The translations under genes were made by a program, and so were the position numbers. A stretch of DNA of 63,597 bases, counting the filler, from Octopus bimaculoides (taxonomy: Eukaryota), in assembly GCF_001194135.2 (NCBI RefSeq). It is 7 parts of 6 records of this genome, joined end to end, with 100 filler letters (N's around TTAATTAATTAA, not from the genome) between each part and the next. Parts side by side here need not be neighbours in the genome. Positions count along the whole stretch, not along the records: positions 61,310 to 62,440 come from NW_026387958.1; positions 62,541 to 63,597 come from NC_068991.1; 5 more parts are not named here. One strand, written 5' to 3'. Shown here piece by piece: positions 61,210 through 63,597 of the stretch (position 1 is the stretch's first letter; every line of letters starts with the position of its first letter). The notes beneath the pieces were generated by a model, which saw only the letters and a list, made by a program, of their open reading frames with translations, made no database searches and had not been told where the DNA came from.

Positions 61210-61915
61210 NNNNNNNNNNNNNNNNNNNNNNNNNNNNNNNNNNNNNNNNNNNNTTAATTAATTAANNNNNNNNNNNNNNNNNNNNNNNNNNNNNNNNNNN
61301 NNNNNNNNNTATGTATATATATATATATATTATATATTATATATACATATTCATATACATATATATGAATTTTTTCCAACGGTAATAATTAGATCAGATT
61401 TCTGAATTATAGTTAAATGATTGTTAATTGGTTTTATATCCACGTCTTCAGCTAAGCAAAATTTGTAGTTTCGTAATATTTTGAAATATCTGGGCTCTTT
61501 GGCGATGATGTCATATTTTCCCCAGTTCTGCACTTCCTCAGGAAAACTCGACATCCTTTCATAATTCAGCTGGAAAATCCGAGCCTAGCGAGAGAAACTT
61601 GCCCCAAGTTTTGCCTTTCTGAGAAGTTTCATATTTTAAAACTGCAAGCAATCAGAAATATTGCCTACTTAGCATTATTGGAAAATATATCTTTTAAACA
61701 GCATCCACTTGTCGGAAAATCCACAAGCCTCCAACTCAAATCCACAATTTCATATCTATCAATTATCATGGAGTAATTATCCTTTGATGACAACAGGTCT
61801 ATTCTTGGAGGCTTCCCTTACACTGCAGCAGTCAAGTTAATATTTCTGATATTTAATAATCGTCATCAAATTAAAACGGTTACAAAGTGAACTTCATAAT
61901 TATATTCTTTTCTAA

Positions 61916-62130
61916 TCTAGGCACAGGGCCCAAAATTTTTGGGGAGGGGGCAGTCGATGAGATCGACCCCAGTCCGCAACTGGTATTTAATTTATCGACC
62001 CCGAAGGGATGAAAGGCAAAGTCGACTTCGGCGGAATTTGAATCTCAACTTAAAGACAGACGAATATCGCTAAGAATTTCCGCTAAGATTTCGCCTGGCG
62101 TGCTAACGTTTCTGCCTCGCTCGCCTTACA
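61916..62130 (-). mobile_element. SINE family B
   Basis: Reverse-complement head, core and tail. Confidence 0.75.
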
Positions 62131-63550
62131 GTTAAGATATATTACCAGAGCTGAGTGAAAGAATATAAACCTTTCAAAGCTGACAAAATTAATTAGTTCT
62201 CACTACCACAGTCATCAGTAAGATCTAAGACTATTACTATTGTAACTATTATTCATCAGAAATACCCTGTTTGTGTGCCACCATTCAACAATTTTGATTG
62301 ATATTTTTAAAACAGAAGATTTATCCCTTAGTGAGTGCAAAGTTACTTCTATTTTAGTATCTGATACTGATAACAAATAAAAATTCGAAATACATGTCAC
62401 CATCTTTTTGTCTCATGTGGTTATTATTATTCCCCCCCCCNNNNNNNNNNNNNNNNNNNNNNNNNNNNNNNNNNNNNNNNNNNNTTAATTAATTAANNNN
62501 NNNNNNNNNNNNNNNNNNNNNNNNNNNNNNNNNNNNNNNNGTGTATGTGTGTGTATGTGTGTTTGCTTGGTTGTATGTACGAGTGTACGCATTGATATAT
62601 GTGTATGTTTGAGTATGTGTGTATGAATGTGCGCGGGCGTGCGTAAGTGAATCTGTATGCATATGTGTGCGTACGTCGGTGTACTGAAATGAATTTCCAT
62701 TCAATGCGAATGTGTGTGTGTTGTGTTGCCTTGTTTGTTCTTATCTGTTTAAACGTGGGTGAATATATGTAAAAGAAGAGTGCAATAAAAAAAAAGGAAA
62801 GAAAAACAAAAAAAAGAAACAGCATTATAGTTTGTCACGAAATCTAAGTGCTTGTTTAATTTCATTCTAGTTGAGATGATCGAATCCAAAGATAGAAGGA
62901 TGCCGCTTGATCAATACGTGAACGTGACAAGTGATTGATCAATTATATACACACATTTATATATTTTCCTTTAATACTTTTCTTATATACATACCAATAG
63001 ACCTATATATATATGTCTGTCTGTCTGTCTATGTTTTTGTTTATGTATACATATGTGGTAGGTTTATATATACGTGTGTGTATTTGTATATATATATATA
63101 TCTGCATATCTATCTATCTATCTGTCTATCTATCTATCTATGTGTAAACACGTATTTTTACCGATATTTTCCTCCCTTTTCCGTACTTTTAATAGATTTT
63201 TCACTGAAAAAAGAACTTAAGTAGCTTTTACTTTCGTTTCTTTTGGCGTTAAATAGCAGTAAGTACCCGCAGATACGCACACACATACATATATATATAT
63301 GCACACATACATGTGTACAGGCATAAGTCTCTCTCACACAATCTGTCTCCCTCTCGACACACACACACAAACAAACACACACACACACACACATACACAC
63401 ACACACACAGAGGCACACACTCACACTGACTCACACTCACAAATGATGTTTCTATATACAGGTGTACGCGTCTCCTTCAGACGTAAAAAAGAACTTACCT
63501 ATCAAAAGAACAAAACAACACCCTCGCACTTCACACTACATGTGCATTAT

Positions 63551-63594
<44 letters not shown>

Positions 63595-63597
63595 TTA

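Overview
AT-rich, microsatellite-dense, gapped eukaryotic DNA. The repeat families look like those of an octopus (coleoid cephalopod); this is inferred from recall of octopus repeats, not from a search. Six identical 100-bp spacers (44 N + TTAATTAATTAA + 44 N) show the window is at least seven separately assembled pieces joined together, so adjacency across spacers is not guaranteed. Two spliced + strand genes can be built by hand. (1) The 5' part of a nicotinamide riboside kinase (NMRK/NRK) gene: coding exons 2011-2048, 5884-5974 and 13007-13064, with the rest missing. (2) A divergent Rab5-family GTPase: coding exons 33951-34110, 35992-36143, 37498-37620, 38912-39005 and 43633-(gap), 198 aa readable, with the C-terminal prenylation motif lost in a gap. 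The rest is mostly transposon debris: mariner (DD34D) and maT-like elements, RTE, CR1/L2-like and R4/Dong-like LINE fragments, piggyBac-type MITEs, a Helentron-associated-like element and at least two tRNA-derived SINE families. The most unusual signal is two different families of minimal type I hammerhead ribozyme motifs, each in a head-to-head inverted pair (3641-4086 and 44205-44358). One of them is attached to a tRNA-like Pol III head, suggesting a ribozyme-carrying SINE mobilised by Penelope-like elements. Nearly all ORFs in the supplied track are microsatellite or N-gap artefacts.
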